DNA from: Verrucomicrobiia bacterium
GTDB taxonomy: Bacteria; Verrucomicrobiota; Verrucomicrobiia; Limisphaerales; UBA1319
Assembly (NCBI GenBank): GCA_963664225.1
Contig: OY760937.1
Coordinates: 2,624,001 to 2,688,000 of the forward strand
Direction of reading: 5' to 3'
Length of the DNA: 64,000 nt
Shown here: in pieces, positions 1 through 9,810 of the stretch
Numbering within the stretch: position 1 is the first letter of the stretch
How the letters are laid out: each line of letters starts with the position of its first letter
Program-made: the position numbers and the translations under genes
Notes under the pieces: generated by a model
Seen by the model: only the letters and a program-made list of their open reading frames with translations
What the model was told of the DNA's origin: nothing
Databases searched by the model: none

Positions 1-895
1 GCAGACGCATTTGGACGGAATCGACAAAAGGCTGGTCCGAAGGCCCCAGACTCCCGCCAACGAGCAAACGCAGGTCAGGCAGGCTGTTCCTCATCTTGAG
101 GACCAGAAAGGCTTCCACGAGAAAATCCAGGCCCTTTTCGGGGCACATGCGGGCAAAAAATCCGATGGCGGGAGGTGTGGGCGGCTCCTTGGCGGGACCA
201 AAGCCCGCGAGGTTAATGCCATTGAACACGACCTTGACCTGACGATCAGGCAGGTTGAGGCGTTTCTTCATCAACTCAGCGAAATACCGGCTTGGGGCGA
301 TGAACAAATCGATATCGCGCGCCCGATCGGTCAACAGGTCATAGGCGCCGCGACGCTGGGCATCGGGCAGCGCGTCGAGGAAGCTGTCCTCGCCCTGGAG
401 CGTGCAAACGACGGGAACCTTGAGTTCCTTTTTCAGCCGGCGGGCCATCCCAATCAACAGGGCGTTGGAGAGGCAAATCACGCCAATATCGGGCTGGGTT
501 TTGAGCCAAAGGATCAATTCCTCGATCTCGCGGGCCTGGCGGCCCTCTTCGCCTCGGAGCATGGAGAGGGTCAGATCGCCGGTATCCTCGGGGCGGATTT
601 TGACGGCGCGTCTGCCAACGCCGCGGAGCAGGCCCGGCGCGGCAAACCAGCGGCGCAGCCATTTGGGAGCATTGCGGAAAAAGGGATATTTCTGCTCAAG
701 AAAGACGTTGATGCCGCTGAAAAACACGGGTGTGCCGGCGCTTTGATCCGGCTCCTCGAGGTTGAGGGGCAGATAAAGGGGCACCATGAGCGTATCATGA
801 CCCGCGCGGCGCAAGGCGGCCACCAGGGCGTTGTCGCGAAAGCAACCGCCGCAGTACATGGCTCCAGCGCCCGGAGTTAGATGCACAATGGTCAT
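1..895 (-). CDS. Glycosyltransferase family 4 (GT-B fold), truncated at the window edge
   Basis: Manual minus-strand translation from ATG 895 (alternative 904): MTIVHLTPGAGAMYCGGCFRDNALVAALRRAGHD...FIAPSRY...VFNGINL...IGFFARMCPEKGLDFLVEAF, which are GT4-type motifs. Missing from the ORF track because it has no stop in the window. Confidence 0.85.
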   Translation of the reverse strand, partial: MTIVHLTPGAGAMYCGGCFRDNALVAALRRAGHDTLMVPLYLPLNLEEPDQSAGTPVFFSGINVFLEQKYPFFRNAPKWLRRWFAAPGLLRGVGRRAVKIRPEDTGDLTLSMLRGEEGRQAREIEELILWLKTQPDIGVICLSNALLIGMARRLKKELKVPVVCTLQGEDSFLDALPDAQRRGAYDLLTDRARDIDLFIAPSRYFAELMKKRLNLPDRQVKVVFNGINLAGFGPAKEPPTPPAIGFFARMCPEKGLDFLVEAFLVLKMRNSLPDLRLLVGGSLGPSDQPFVDSVQMRL

Positions 896-1102
896 TTGTG
901 GCATGACAGGGAGGGATGAATGCAACCCGTCATGAAACCGTTACGCAAATAGAATTGCCAAATTTAATGGAAAGCGCAAGAGCCGCGGCGGGAAATAAGT
1001 GAAAAAACGCACTGCGATCCACGCCAATCGCGTCCCGCGCCCCATGCCATGGGAGAGCGGGACACCCAAACTTCAATGCGCTGAATGGATTTGGACCAAC
1101 GA

Positions 1103-4100
1103 TCAAGGCAGGCGCGTCACGCGGTAGAACCGGGCCTGTCCCGCAGGCGGCAGGTCCGTGCAGGCCGCGCTGGCATTGGTGGCCGTAACGACGGAGCCCA
1201 GATCGGTCCAGGCGCCCGGCGTGAGCTGATCGGCAGCCTGCACCTGGTATCGGCCACCTGCCTGGGAGGCCCAGCTCAGGGCGACGTTTTGTCCGGGACG
1301 GGCGGCAATGCTCAAAATGCGCAATTCGACGGGCGGATCGACGATGAGGAAACTCAGGGTCGTAGTGGCGCTGCGAACCGGCAGGCCATTGTCGATTACG
1401 CGGATTACGGCCGGATAAAGCCCCGCAGGCAGCGAGACTGGCGGTGTCCATGTAAAGATGCCGCTGACGGGATCGACGACTGCTCCCGCCGGAGCGCCCG
1501 GAGCGAGGCTGAAGCGGAGGATTTGGCCGGGATCGGGATCGGTGGCGACGATGGGGTATTCCAACGGTTCACCGCGAACGATCTCCTGTAGGCCGCTGTA
1601 ATCGCTGATGACCGGCGGCTGGTTTGTGCCCGCAACAGGGACAATGCTTTGATCGAAGTTAATGCCGAAGCCAGAAAGGCGCAGGACGAGACTGGCGGCG
1701 TTGGTCCCAGGGAGGCACCAGAAGCTCAAGGTGTAGGGCGCGCCGGTCGTTAATCCGGGGACCATGGTTTGAAAGATGGAGGAGCCTCTGGTGGTTCCGC
1801 CGACGGAATCGACCACATGCAGGCTCGAATGACCCGAGTGAGCCACGTTGGTGACGATGGATGAATCGATGAGATTGGGCGAGACGGTCCATGGCCCGGT
1901 CAAGTCGGATTCGAAATCGCCGTTGACCAGAAGGTTGGCTCCCACTCCGGCCTCGCTCCCGCTGACGATTTGGAGGTCGTCAAGGTAGAGTTCACCGGGG
2001 GCGGTCAGATAGATATACAATACGGAACTGCTGCCCGTGCCTGTGTAGGTGAAGTAAGTCCAGGCGGGAAGGTCGTTAACAATGACCGTGAATGCCCGCT
2101 GGTCGGACAGAGCCGGAGAGCCGTTGTCGGTGACGCGCACCAGGATTGTGTTGGTGCCCGGGATTTGATCGGGGGCGGGCGTCCAGTGAAGCGCGCCCGT
2201 GGTGGCATCGAGGGTCATGCCTGCAGGGGCGCCGGACACCAACTCATATTGGAGCTTGTTGGCCGGAACATCCGCGTCCGAGGCGGTGACATCAAGGTTG
2301 AGGGCCTGGCCGCGCGACAGGCTTTGGTCGGGAATGGAATCGAGAACGGGCGCGGTGTTGACCTCGCGAACCACGACCAGAAAGGTGCGCGCGTCACTGC
2401 GGGGAGGCAGGCCATTGTCGGCCACACGAACGGTTACGGTGTTGGTGTATGGACCCTGGATTTCATTGGGTATCCAGCGCAGAACTCCGGTGACGGGATC
2501 GATGGCCATTCCGGCGGGCGAGCCACCATCGAGGCTGTAGGCGAGCGTCTGACCGGGATCGGCATCGGTCGCCGACACCACCAGGCGCAGGATGGTGATT
2601 TCGTCCATGTATTGGTCGGCAATGGGAGCGAGCACGGGCGCGTGATTCAATTTGCTGGCGATGACACGGAAGACCTGGCTGGCGCTGAGCGGAGGCTGGC
2701 CGTTGTCAGCTACACGCACGGTGATGGTATTTGTGGAGGGAATATCGCTGGCGGCGGGAGTCCAGGTCAGAAGACCGGTGGAGGAATCGATCCGCATCGC
2801 GGCAGGCGCGCCAGCATCCAGACCGAACGTGAGCCCCTGGGCCGGGAGGTCGTCATCGGTGACGACGACCTGGAAGGAAAGGGTTTCCCCTTCCATGACA
2901 CTCAAATCGGCCGAGGGCTGGATGCGCGGCGCGGTGTTCACCTCATTCACGATGACATGAAAGGTGCGAACATCGCTCATCGCGGGGGCGCCATTGTCGG
3001 TGACGCGCACGGTGATGTCGTAGGCGCCCGGTCCTTGAATCTCTGAAGGGGTCCACGAAAAGGCCCCGGTCACGGCGTCCAGGGAAGCGCCCGGCGGTTT
3101 GGCGTCCAATGAGTACGTGAGCGTTTGCGCGGGCCGGTCGGCGTCCGTGGCCGCGAGGTTCAGGCTCAGGGTCTGACCTTCGCTGATGGTTTGATCGACA
3201 ATGGAGGGGAGCACCGGCGGAGTGTTGACCTCGTTGACCGTGACGGTAACGCGCTTTTGAGCGGTCAACGGCGGAGCGCCATCATCGGTCGCCCGAACGC
3301 TGATCGAATAAACGCCCGGCCCCTGGAGTTCCGAAGGGGTCCAGGAAAAAACACCGGTGACCGGGTCGATCATCGCTCCTACAGGCGCGCTGCCCAAGCT
3401 GAAGGTCAGGGTCTGGTTGGTGTCCAGATCGGATGCCGTGGCCGTGAATTTGAGAGATTCAAGTTCGTTGACGACGGCGTTCGAGAGGACCGTGAGGACG
3501 GGAGGACGATTGCTCGACGAAACGCGGTTGGGCGCGTCGGGTGTGGGATTCTCCATGAAGAAGAATGGTTCGGCGGCGCCATCGGGCCAACGGCCCTGGC
3601 TGACATCGTTTGTTTGCGGCTCGAAGACGACCATGTCCACCAGGCCGCCGTTCGGATCGAACAGCCCAATGGATTCGCCCGACTGGCTGAGCTTGAAGTT
3701 TGTGTGGATCGCCCGATTGGTGGGGCTATTTTGATTCGCGTCGTTATCGGCCCAGACCAGCAGGAAATCCCCGGCCGCGATCGTGGTGCCCGTAGGGATG
3801 ACGAACTGGGTGGTGTTGGTGGGGGTATCGGTCAACGTATAGCCGCCGAGATCCACGATTTCAGACCCGGCATTGTAGAGCTCGAACCAATCGTCGTAGG
3901 GATTACTGGTTAACGGATTGTTCGCGGGATCGGCCAGGGTGCGGGTATTGGAGGCCATCCATTCGTTGATGAACACCTGGATGGGCTGGAAGGCCGGATT
4001 GTTCGTCGCCCCCGGGGTTGGAAATTGGAACCCCTGGTGGCTGAAGGGCTGACCGTCGGGATAGTCGCCATAGGAACGGCCGGCGCCGACGGTGCGATAA

Positions 4101-7100
4101 TTGAGGTAATCGCAAATCACGGGTTGCTGCTGGCTAGTGAACTGGGATAGAACGACAGTTCCGGCTGCGGGAGCGATTCGGAAACCGGCATGGATTTCGT
4201 TTGCGGTGGTTTCCTGGGTATTGCCGTCGGCCCAGACGAGCAAGAAGGTGTTTCCACCCATCGTCGTCCCGGCTGGAAACGACCATTGGCCGGGGTTGGA
4301 GAAATTGGTGCCCAAGTACAGGCCGGCAAGGCTGACCGCATTTGTGCCGGGGTTGTATAGCTCAATCCATGGTTCGCGGTGGCCCGCGGCGTCCACAGGC
4401 CCAGCCACATTCTCGGGCTGAACTTCATTGATCCACACCGGAGGGAATGCAGGCAGGGAGGCGCGCACGGAGTTGACCACGCCGGGGGTGAACCTGACTG
4501 CGGCATTGGTGGCGGTGCAGGCCCAATTTCCAACGCGCGACCGGTCCCGGGCGGGATCGATCAATTGAAGCGAAGGTCCCTGACCATCGGCGACCACCGG
4601 CCAGGGGGCCGAGTCGTGGTATTCGACCTCATCGACGACAAAATCCGAAGAGGGGTCGGCACCGGGAATCACCAGGCGCAGATGCTCGCCGCCGTGGCTC
4701 AACTGGCCCGTGTAACCGGCGGCCACCGGGATGGACGCGCCATAGGCCGATGCGAATTGCACCGCGTCCTGCGCCAAAACCAGATACCGGCCCGGCTCGA
4801 TCAGCAGGCCGTCCGGGAAGGTGAAGCCCAGGCCGTCAAACCGCCAGCGCGAAAGGTCGAAGGTGGTGGTGGTGGAACGATTATAGAGCTCCACATATTC
4901 CGCGCCCGTGATCACCGGGTGATACATGATTTCGTTGATGACCAGGTTATCCTGCGGCAAATCCGCGACGCCGGTGTAATTGATTGTGAGGCTGGCCGTG
5001 GCGCCTGTGAAGAGAGCGCCGGAACGATCGTAACCACGGACCACCAGGGGGTTGGCCCCCGCCTGCAAGGCGACGCGCGCCGACCAGGCGGTTGCCGTGG
5101 TCCAGGTCAGTGGATAGGCCACTCCATTGATCGTGATCTGTCGAACGTCCAGGGGGGCCAGGCCTGTGATGGTGACCAAACCGGCATTGGTGGAAAAGTT
5201 CTGACCGTTGTTGATCGAGAGTCTGAACCCGACCAGGTTGTTGTTCAGGACCGTCAGCAGGTATTGCCGACGCTGTTCGAGCCGGGTTTTGGCATCCGTG
5301 GTATCGCCGACGGCGATGCCGTTGGCCAGAAGGCCCGCGTAAGTGCCGTCGAGAATGGTGCCCACGGTTTTAGGCAGCATGGGGCCGGTGGCGGCATCCT
5401 GTATGGCCTGCAAATAAATCCGGCGGAAGGACGGTGTGGAATAAATGCGGGTCATGACGGGATCGCTGACATCGAAAACATCCTGGTTGGGATCCTGCAA
5501 CAGGAAGTCGATATCCCAGGGGAGCATGATCCATTTACCGGCGGTCGGCTTGTAGGTGTACATGTTCTTGCCCCGGCGGAAACCGTAGCTGTCCCAGTTG
5601 ACCATGATATGTTCGACGGCGAAGACGCGCATCCACTGGTTGACATCCACCAGGGAATCGAAGTTGCGAACGAACGCGTTGTAATCGACGGTGTTGGCAG
5701 CATCCACCAGATTGAAAACGCTTTGGTAATCGTTGGCCGAACTGTTCACGGCCCGTTTTTTCCAGTGCCACCGATAGCGGGCGGTTTTTTTGACACCGCC
5801 GGTGGTGGTGAAGTTTTCCATGGTGGCCGCGGTGTCCCCGTTGTCGCGGGCGAATCCGCTGCCCGCATCGTCGAACTCGAAACCATCGTCCAATTTATAG
5901 AGGTCCCCGTTATTATCCTTGGGAGCGACTTCGTCGATCACATCGCCGCCGGGTTGGAGGCAGTCCTCGTAGATCGTGCCGCGGCGGTTGCCATTGACGA
6001 AAAGATTGATGTAGCGGCGGTAACACCCGTGGGTACCCAATTGCTCCGCCAGCCAGAAGGCGATGTGCTCGAGCTGTCCGGAGACATCGACTTCGAATTT
6101 TGGCCAATCGAGGGTAAACCCGGTCGTGTTCAGGCAGGGATTATCCTCGGGGAATTCAAAGACGTAACCACAGGCGCCGCCAATCGGACCGGAATAACCT
6201 GGGGAAATGAAGGGGCTGCCGCCGTAGAGGGAGCCGACATTATAAATCACGCGGCTGTCGCCATAGACAAAGGTGGCGTCGATGGGCGCGTTATTGAGTT
6301 TTTCACGGTTGGTCCAGAGTTGAACGGCTTTTTGGGTCAGCCACAAATGGTAATTGCCCAAGTTACCGATGGGCTTGGGTTCCGCGAAGCGCACGAGGCA
6401 CTCACGCGCGGGAGCTCCGGCGGGGAAGACGGATTGGAGCGGTGTGGCGGCGGCATCGGTGGCCTGGATGTAAAAGGCGTCGAGCAGGGTGCTGGATTGC
6501 ACAGGAATGACGGCGCTGTAATAGCCCGCCCCGTTGTAAGCCATATTCACGATGGTGTAATTGGTGGCGGGGTCCACACGGTATTTGAGGACCAGGCTGG
6601 CCAGCCCATCGGGGTCGGACACGCGGGCCCGGACGGTGACGTTCTGGCCGAGAGTGGGCAGCACGGGGCTGTGGGAGACATCGAAAATGGCGGGGCCGGA
6701 ATTGGGCGCGGCGCAGGAGTTGCGCGCTCCGGGGGTTCCGGGATTGGGGGGAACCACGAGACTGCCGGAGGCTTCGAGCCAGTTGCCACGCAAACGCAGC
6801 AGCACCTCGGGCCAGCCTTTGAGCCAGCGCACTTTGGCGCGGAGGGTGGCGGTGTCGCCGGGATTGAGTCCGGTCTGAAGGGCGACCCGGATGCGGTTGG
6901 CGCCGGGATCGCCGCGACCTTCGGCGCGAACATGCAGGCATCCGCTGTTGTTGACGCCGCCGGTGGGTTGCCATGTTGTGGCGCCATGGTTGCCCTGGGC
7001 AACCCAGCCTGCCATGCCGGAAGTGAACGAGGGATTGGCAACCAGATTGACGCCCTGTTTGAGGACCTCGACATCGTCCACGAGGCATTCCCCGGCATCC

Positions 7101-9754
7101 TGAAGAAGAACCTGAAGCTGGGGACCGTAGGCATTGACACCGAGATCGAGCACGCCGGTCCATTCCACGGTGGTCCAGGCGCTTTTGGCTGTTTCATCGC
7201 TCGCGGCCCAATTTACGCCGCGCTGGCGATCGGCGCGCGGGTCGATCAATTCGAGGCTGCTTCCGCCGCCATTGGCCCACTCCGGCCAGGCCCCGCCTTT
7301 TTCGAAATTGACTTCGTCCACCACGACATCGATCCAGTTGGTGGTGACCACCGCGCTGGCGTTGGTGGAAAGAACCGGTTCCGGACGCGCCAGGGCAATG
7401 TGGCGGCCTTTGGCCAGGGAACCCTGAAAATCGCCAAAGGTGATCGCCGGGGTAAGGTTGGGGTAGTTGGTCAGGAAATGGGTGACGTTGCGGCAGACCA
7501 CGAAATATCCGCCCGCAGGGATCGCGCTGCCGGCCGGGAAGGTGTATTTGAGGCCATCCGCAAAGGTCCAACCGCTCAAATCGACTGCGGTCTGGCCCTG
7601 GTTGTAAAGCTCCACATACTGGTCGTTGTCGTCCTGCGTCACGGGCTTATACATGATCTCATTGATCACGATGGGCTGGAACAGGCGGTCGGCATTATTA
7701 CTTCCGGGCGTCGGGGCGGCCAGGGCGCGAAACTCCGGCGCACCGTCGGGTTGCCGTCCCATGGAAATCCCCAGCGCCTGCGGCCCGAACCGTTCGGCCT
7801 GCAGAACCCGCGTTCCGGTCGGGTTGATAAAGTATATGGTCTCGCCGGAGGAACTGAGGCCAAAACCCAACTGCGCTTCGCTGAAGGTAAGAAAGCCCAG
7901 GGCGGGAATCACCGTTCCCGCAGGAAGGACGCATTTATTCGTGGCCGGATTATCGGTCAGGACACAGCCGGCAATATCCACCGCCTGGGTGGAATAATTA
8001 TAAAGCTCGATGAAATCGGTCTGGCTGGCGGTGGTATGGGCGAGAAATTCGTTGATGAGCACCGTGCGATAAATGGGATCGGCGGCAGGATCGGCTACTC
8101 CCGGCGAACCACCGACATTCTCACTGGCCGCCCAGGCCATGGGATTGCCCTCACCGTAGCTGGGCCGGGCCAGGACAAGAGAGTGCCCCGCCCCATCCGC
8201 CGAGGCCGGGAACGGCGGCTGGCTGGTGTATGAGGCATCGTAAATGAGATCGCCATTGGGTTTTACCAGGCGGACCTTGCCCGACGCGTTGGAGAGGTTG
8301 TTGGTGAATCCGCCCAGCACATTGGCGATGCCATAAACGGCCTTGATGTCGGCTGGAACCGGCGCCACGACGAGGAACGCGCGTTTGGCGAGGATGGTGT
8401 TTGTGGGGAAGGTGTAATTGATGTCGCCCGTGATCTGCCAGCCGCCGATGTCCTCGCTCCAATCGAAGGTGTTGAAGATTTCGATGTATTCGAGGTTGCG
8501 GGCATCGGCGCGCGCGGCGGGATGATACATGATCTCTGAAACGACCACGCCCCAGCGGCGATTGGAGGGCCCCAACGGTTCCGAGTTCCGGGTGACCAGA
8601 CTGATGGGCAGCGGGACGACGGATTGTTGAAAGGTCGCTTTGGATCCGGCGGCAATGGTGTTGGGCGAGGACGCGCGGTCGCGGATTCCGCTGACGGTCA
8701 GGGTATAAAGAAGGCCGCTCGCGATGGGCGTGGTCTGGAGAACCACCGAAGAGGTGTCGCCGGCGAATTGGGCGCTTACCACGCCGGCCCCATTATCCAG
8801 GACATAATGCGAAGCATCCAGAGCGGTGACGGGATCGACCGGTTCGGTGAACACCACGGTGACCGTGGTGCTTCCGCCCGGGATGGAAATAGCGCTGATG
8901 GCCGGCGGAGTGGCATCCGGCAACACGGAAAGCACCGCTTCACTGCTGTTGGTAAAACCCTGGGCGTTGGAGACAACACAACTGAATCGGCGGCCATTGT
9001 CCGCCATGGTGACCGGTCCAAAGGTCAGGGTGCTGTTGGTGGCTCCGGGAAAGATTGTGCCATTCGTGCTCCATTGATAAACGGCGGCAAAGCCCTGGCT
9101 GACCTGGAGACTGAAACTGGCCAGCCCCCCTTCCGCGACCTTGACGTCCTGGGGTTGGGTCGTGATCTGGGGTGCGCCAAGGCCATACACCAGAAGCCTG
9201 GAGGCGGGAATGGGTTCTTCCATGGTGCCATCAGGCAATTGCCAGCGCACCGCCAGGTAATCATCGCCGCCGCCCTCCTTCATCAGGGCCTCGATATAAT
9301 ACTTCTTTCCGGCTGTGAGCGTCACAGGTGCGGATTGCTGGTTGGCCTCGACAAACCAGGAGCGCGATGGCGTCCAGCCATTAACCCAGGCGATTGCGCT
9401 TCGGGTGGCCGGGGTGGCGTCCGTGCCCAAATACAGACCGGAGGCGTCGTCGCTCGAAATCCAGAAAACATAATTGCCGGTGGTGGGCGGGATGATCAGG
9501 GCGCGCATGCGCTGTCCGTAGGCTTCCGCGATATTGGCCGGCGCCTCGAAATAGTCGGAGACCACGTTCTGGCTGGAGGGGGAATTTGGAAAGGCGGGAT
9601 TGTTGGTCAGATCGGCCAACGTGCCGCCATCGATGCCCTCATAGACCTCCCGCAACAGGCCGTTCATGGGGGTCTGGGCGCTGGCTGTCTGGGAGCCGAC
9701 CAGCAAGGTGGTGGCACAGGCAATGGAACTGAGAATTGATTGAATGACTCGCAT
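1103..9754 (-). CDS. 2883-aa secreted multidomain protein: PA14, Ig-like, 6 lamin-tail domains, CBM-like domains, CotH kinase-like domain, 6 cadherin/He_PIG repeats, C-terminal sorting-like domain
   Basis: Signal peptide ending ASA|Q; PA14 motif YVFWISSDDASGL; LTD starts (SEIMYHP, INEFLAH, INEIMYKP, INEIMYHP, INEVQPEN, INEWMASN); CotH motifs YKLDD, NWDSY, PWDIDF; repeats beginning NxxPVL with DPVTGVFSWTP; ends RFYRVTRLP. Confidence 0.9.
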   Translation of the reverse strand: MRVIQSILSSIACATTLLVGSQTASAQTPMNGLLREVYEGIDGGTLADLTNNPAFPNSPSSQNVVSDYFEAPANIAEAYGQRMRALIIPPTTGNYVFWISSDDASGLYLGTDATPATRSAIAWVNGWTPSRSWFVEANQQSAPVTLTAGKKYYIEALMKEGGGDDYLAVRWQLPDGTMEEPIPASRLLVYGLGAPQITTQPQDVKVAEGGLASFSLQVSQGFAAVYQWSTNGTIFPGATNSTLTFGPVTMADNGRRFSCVVSNAQGFTNSSEAVLSVLPDATPPAISAISIPGGSTTVTVVFTEPVDPVTALDASHYVLDNGAGVVSAQFAGDTSSVVLQTTPIASGLLYTLTVSGIRDRASSPNTIAAGSKATFQQSVVPLPISLVTRNSEPLGPSNRRWGVVVSEIMYHPAARADARNLEYIEIFNTFDWSEDIGGWQITGDINYTFPTNTILAKRAFLVVAPVPADIKAVYGIANVLGGFTNNLSNASGKVRLVKPNGDLIYDASYTSQPPFPASADGAGHSLVLARPSYGEGNPMAWAASENVGGSPGVADPAADPIYRTVLINEFLAHTTASQTDFIELYNYSTQAVDIAGCVLTDNPATNKCVLPAGTVIPALGFLTFSEAQLGFGLSSSGETIYFINPTGTRVLQAERFGPQALGISMGRQPDGAPEFRALAAPTPGSNNADRLFQPIVINEIMYKPVTQDDNDQYVELYNQGQTAVDLSGWTFADGLKYTFPAGSAIPAGGYFVVCRNVTHFLTNYPNLTPAITFGDFQGSLAKGRHIALARPEPVLSTNASAVVTTNWIDVVVDEVNFEKGGAWPEWANGGGSSLELIDPRADRQRGVNWAASDETAKSAWTTVEWTGVLDLGVNAYGPQLQVLLQDAGECLVDDVEVLKQGVNLVANPSFTSGMAGWVAQGNHGATTWQPTGGVNNSGCLHVRAEGRGDPGANRIRVALQTGLNPGDTATLRAKVRWLKGWPEVLLRLRGNWLEASGSLVVPPNPGTPGARNSCAAPNSGPAIFDVSHSPVLPTLGQNVTVRARVSDPDGLASLVLKYRVDPATNYTIVNMAYNGAGYYSAVIPVQSSTLLDAFYIQATDAAATPLQSVFPAGAPARECLVRFAEPKPIGNLGNYHLWLTQKAVQLWTNREKLNNAPIDATFVYGDSRVIYNVGSLYGGSPFISPGYSGPIGGACGYVFEFPEDNPCLNTTGFTLDWPKFEVDVSGQLEHIAFWLAEQLGTHGCYRRYINLFVNGNRRGTIYEDCLQPGGDVIDEVAPKDNNGDLYKLDDGFEFDDAGSGFARDNGDTAATMENFTTTGGVKKTARYRWHWKKRAVNSSANDYQSVFNLVDAANTVDYNAFVRNFDSLVDVNQWMRVFAVEHIMVNWDSYGFRRGKNMYTYKPTAGKWIMLPWDIDFLLQDPNQDVFDVSDPVMTRIYSTPSFRRIYLQAIQDAATGPMLPKTVGTILDGTYAGLLANGIAVGDTTDAKTRLEQRRQYLLTVLNNNLVGFRLSINNGQNFSTNAGLVTITGLAPLDVRQITINGVAYPLTWTTATAWSARVALQAGANPLVVRGYDRSGALFTGATASLTINYTGVADLPQDNLVINEIMYHPVITGAEYVELYNRSTTTTFDLSRWRFDGLGFTFPDGLLIEPGRYLVLAQDAVQFASAYGASIPVAAGYTGQLSHGGEHLRLVIPGADPSSDFVVDEVEYHDSAPWPVVADGQGPSLQLIDPARDRSRVGNWACTATNAAVRFTPGVVNSVRASLPAFPPVWINEVQPENVAGPVDAAGHREPWIELYNPGTNAVSLAGLYLGTNFSNPGQWSFPAGTTMGGNTFLLVWADGNTQETTANEIHAGFRIAPAAGTVVLSQFTSQQQPVICDYLNYRTVGAGRSYGDYPDGQPFSHQGFQFPTPGATNNPAFQPIQVFINEWMASNTRTLADPANNPLTSNPYDDWFELYNAGSEIVDLGGYTLTDTPTNTTQFVIPTGTTIAAGDFLLVWADNDANQNSPTNRAIHTNFKLSQSGESIGLFDPNGGLVDMVVFEPQTNDVSQGRWPDGAAEPFFFMENPTPDAPNRVSSSNRPPVLTVLSNAVVNELESLKFTATASDLDTNQTLTFSLGSAPVGAMIDPVTGVFSWTPSELQGPGVYSISVRATDDGAPPLTAQKRVTVTVNEVNTPPVLPSIVDQTISEGQTLSLNLAATDADRPAQTLTYSLDAKPPGASLDAVTGAFSWTPSEIQGPGAYDITVRVTDNGAPAMSDVRTFHVIVNEVNTAPRIQPSADLSVMEGETLSFQVVVTDDDLPAQGLTFGLDAGAPAAMRIDSSTGLLTWTPAASDIPSTNTITVRVADNGQPPLSASQVFRVIASKLNHAPVLAPIADQYMDEITILRLVVSATDADPGQTLAYSLDGGSPAGMAIDPVTGVLRWIPNEIQGPYTNTVTVRVADNGLPPRSDARTFLVVVREVNTAPVLDSIPDQSLSRGQALNLDVTASDADVPANKLQYELVSGAPAGMTLDATTGALHWTPAPDQIPGTNTILVRVTDNGSPALSDQRAFTVIVNDLPAWTYFTYTGTGSSSVLYIYLTAPGELYLDDLQIVSGSEAGVGANLLVNGDFESDLTGPWTVSPNLIDSSIVTNVAHSGHSSLHVVDSVGGTTRGSSIFQTMVPGLTTGAPYTLSFWCLPGTNAASLVLRLSGFGINFDQSIVPVAGTNQPPVISDYSGLQEIVRGEPLEYPIVATDPDPGQILRFSLAPGAPAGAVVDPVSGIFTWTPPVSLPAGLYPAVIRVIDNGLPVRSATTTLSFLIVDPPVELRILSIAARPGQNVALSWASQAGGRYQVQAADQLTPGAWTDLGSVVTATNASAACTDLPPAGQARFYRVTRLP

Positions 9755-9810
9755 TTCTTTCCTTAAAACGATAAATAAAATTCAAATAAGACGCTGTGGT
9801 TTTCCACAAT

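Noticed and set aside
11..880. 289-aa plus-strand ORF
   Set aside because: Antisense shadow of the GT4 gene on the minus strand.
2080..3520. Recurring DNA similarity at about 290-bp spacing as a CRISPR or non-coding repeat
   Set aside because: These are degenerate cadherin/Ig protein repeats inside the giant CDS; no CRISPR array or cas gene was seen in the window.
4379..8233. 1284-aa plus-strand ORF and other long antisense ORFs (e.g. 20390-22885, 35003-36106)
   Set aside because: They mirror motif-rich genes on the opposite strand; stop-poor antisense frames are expected at high GC.
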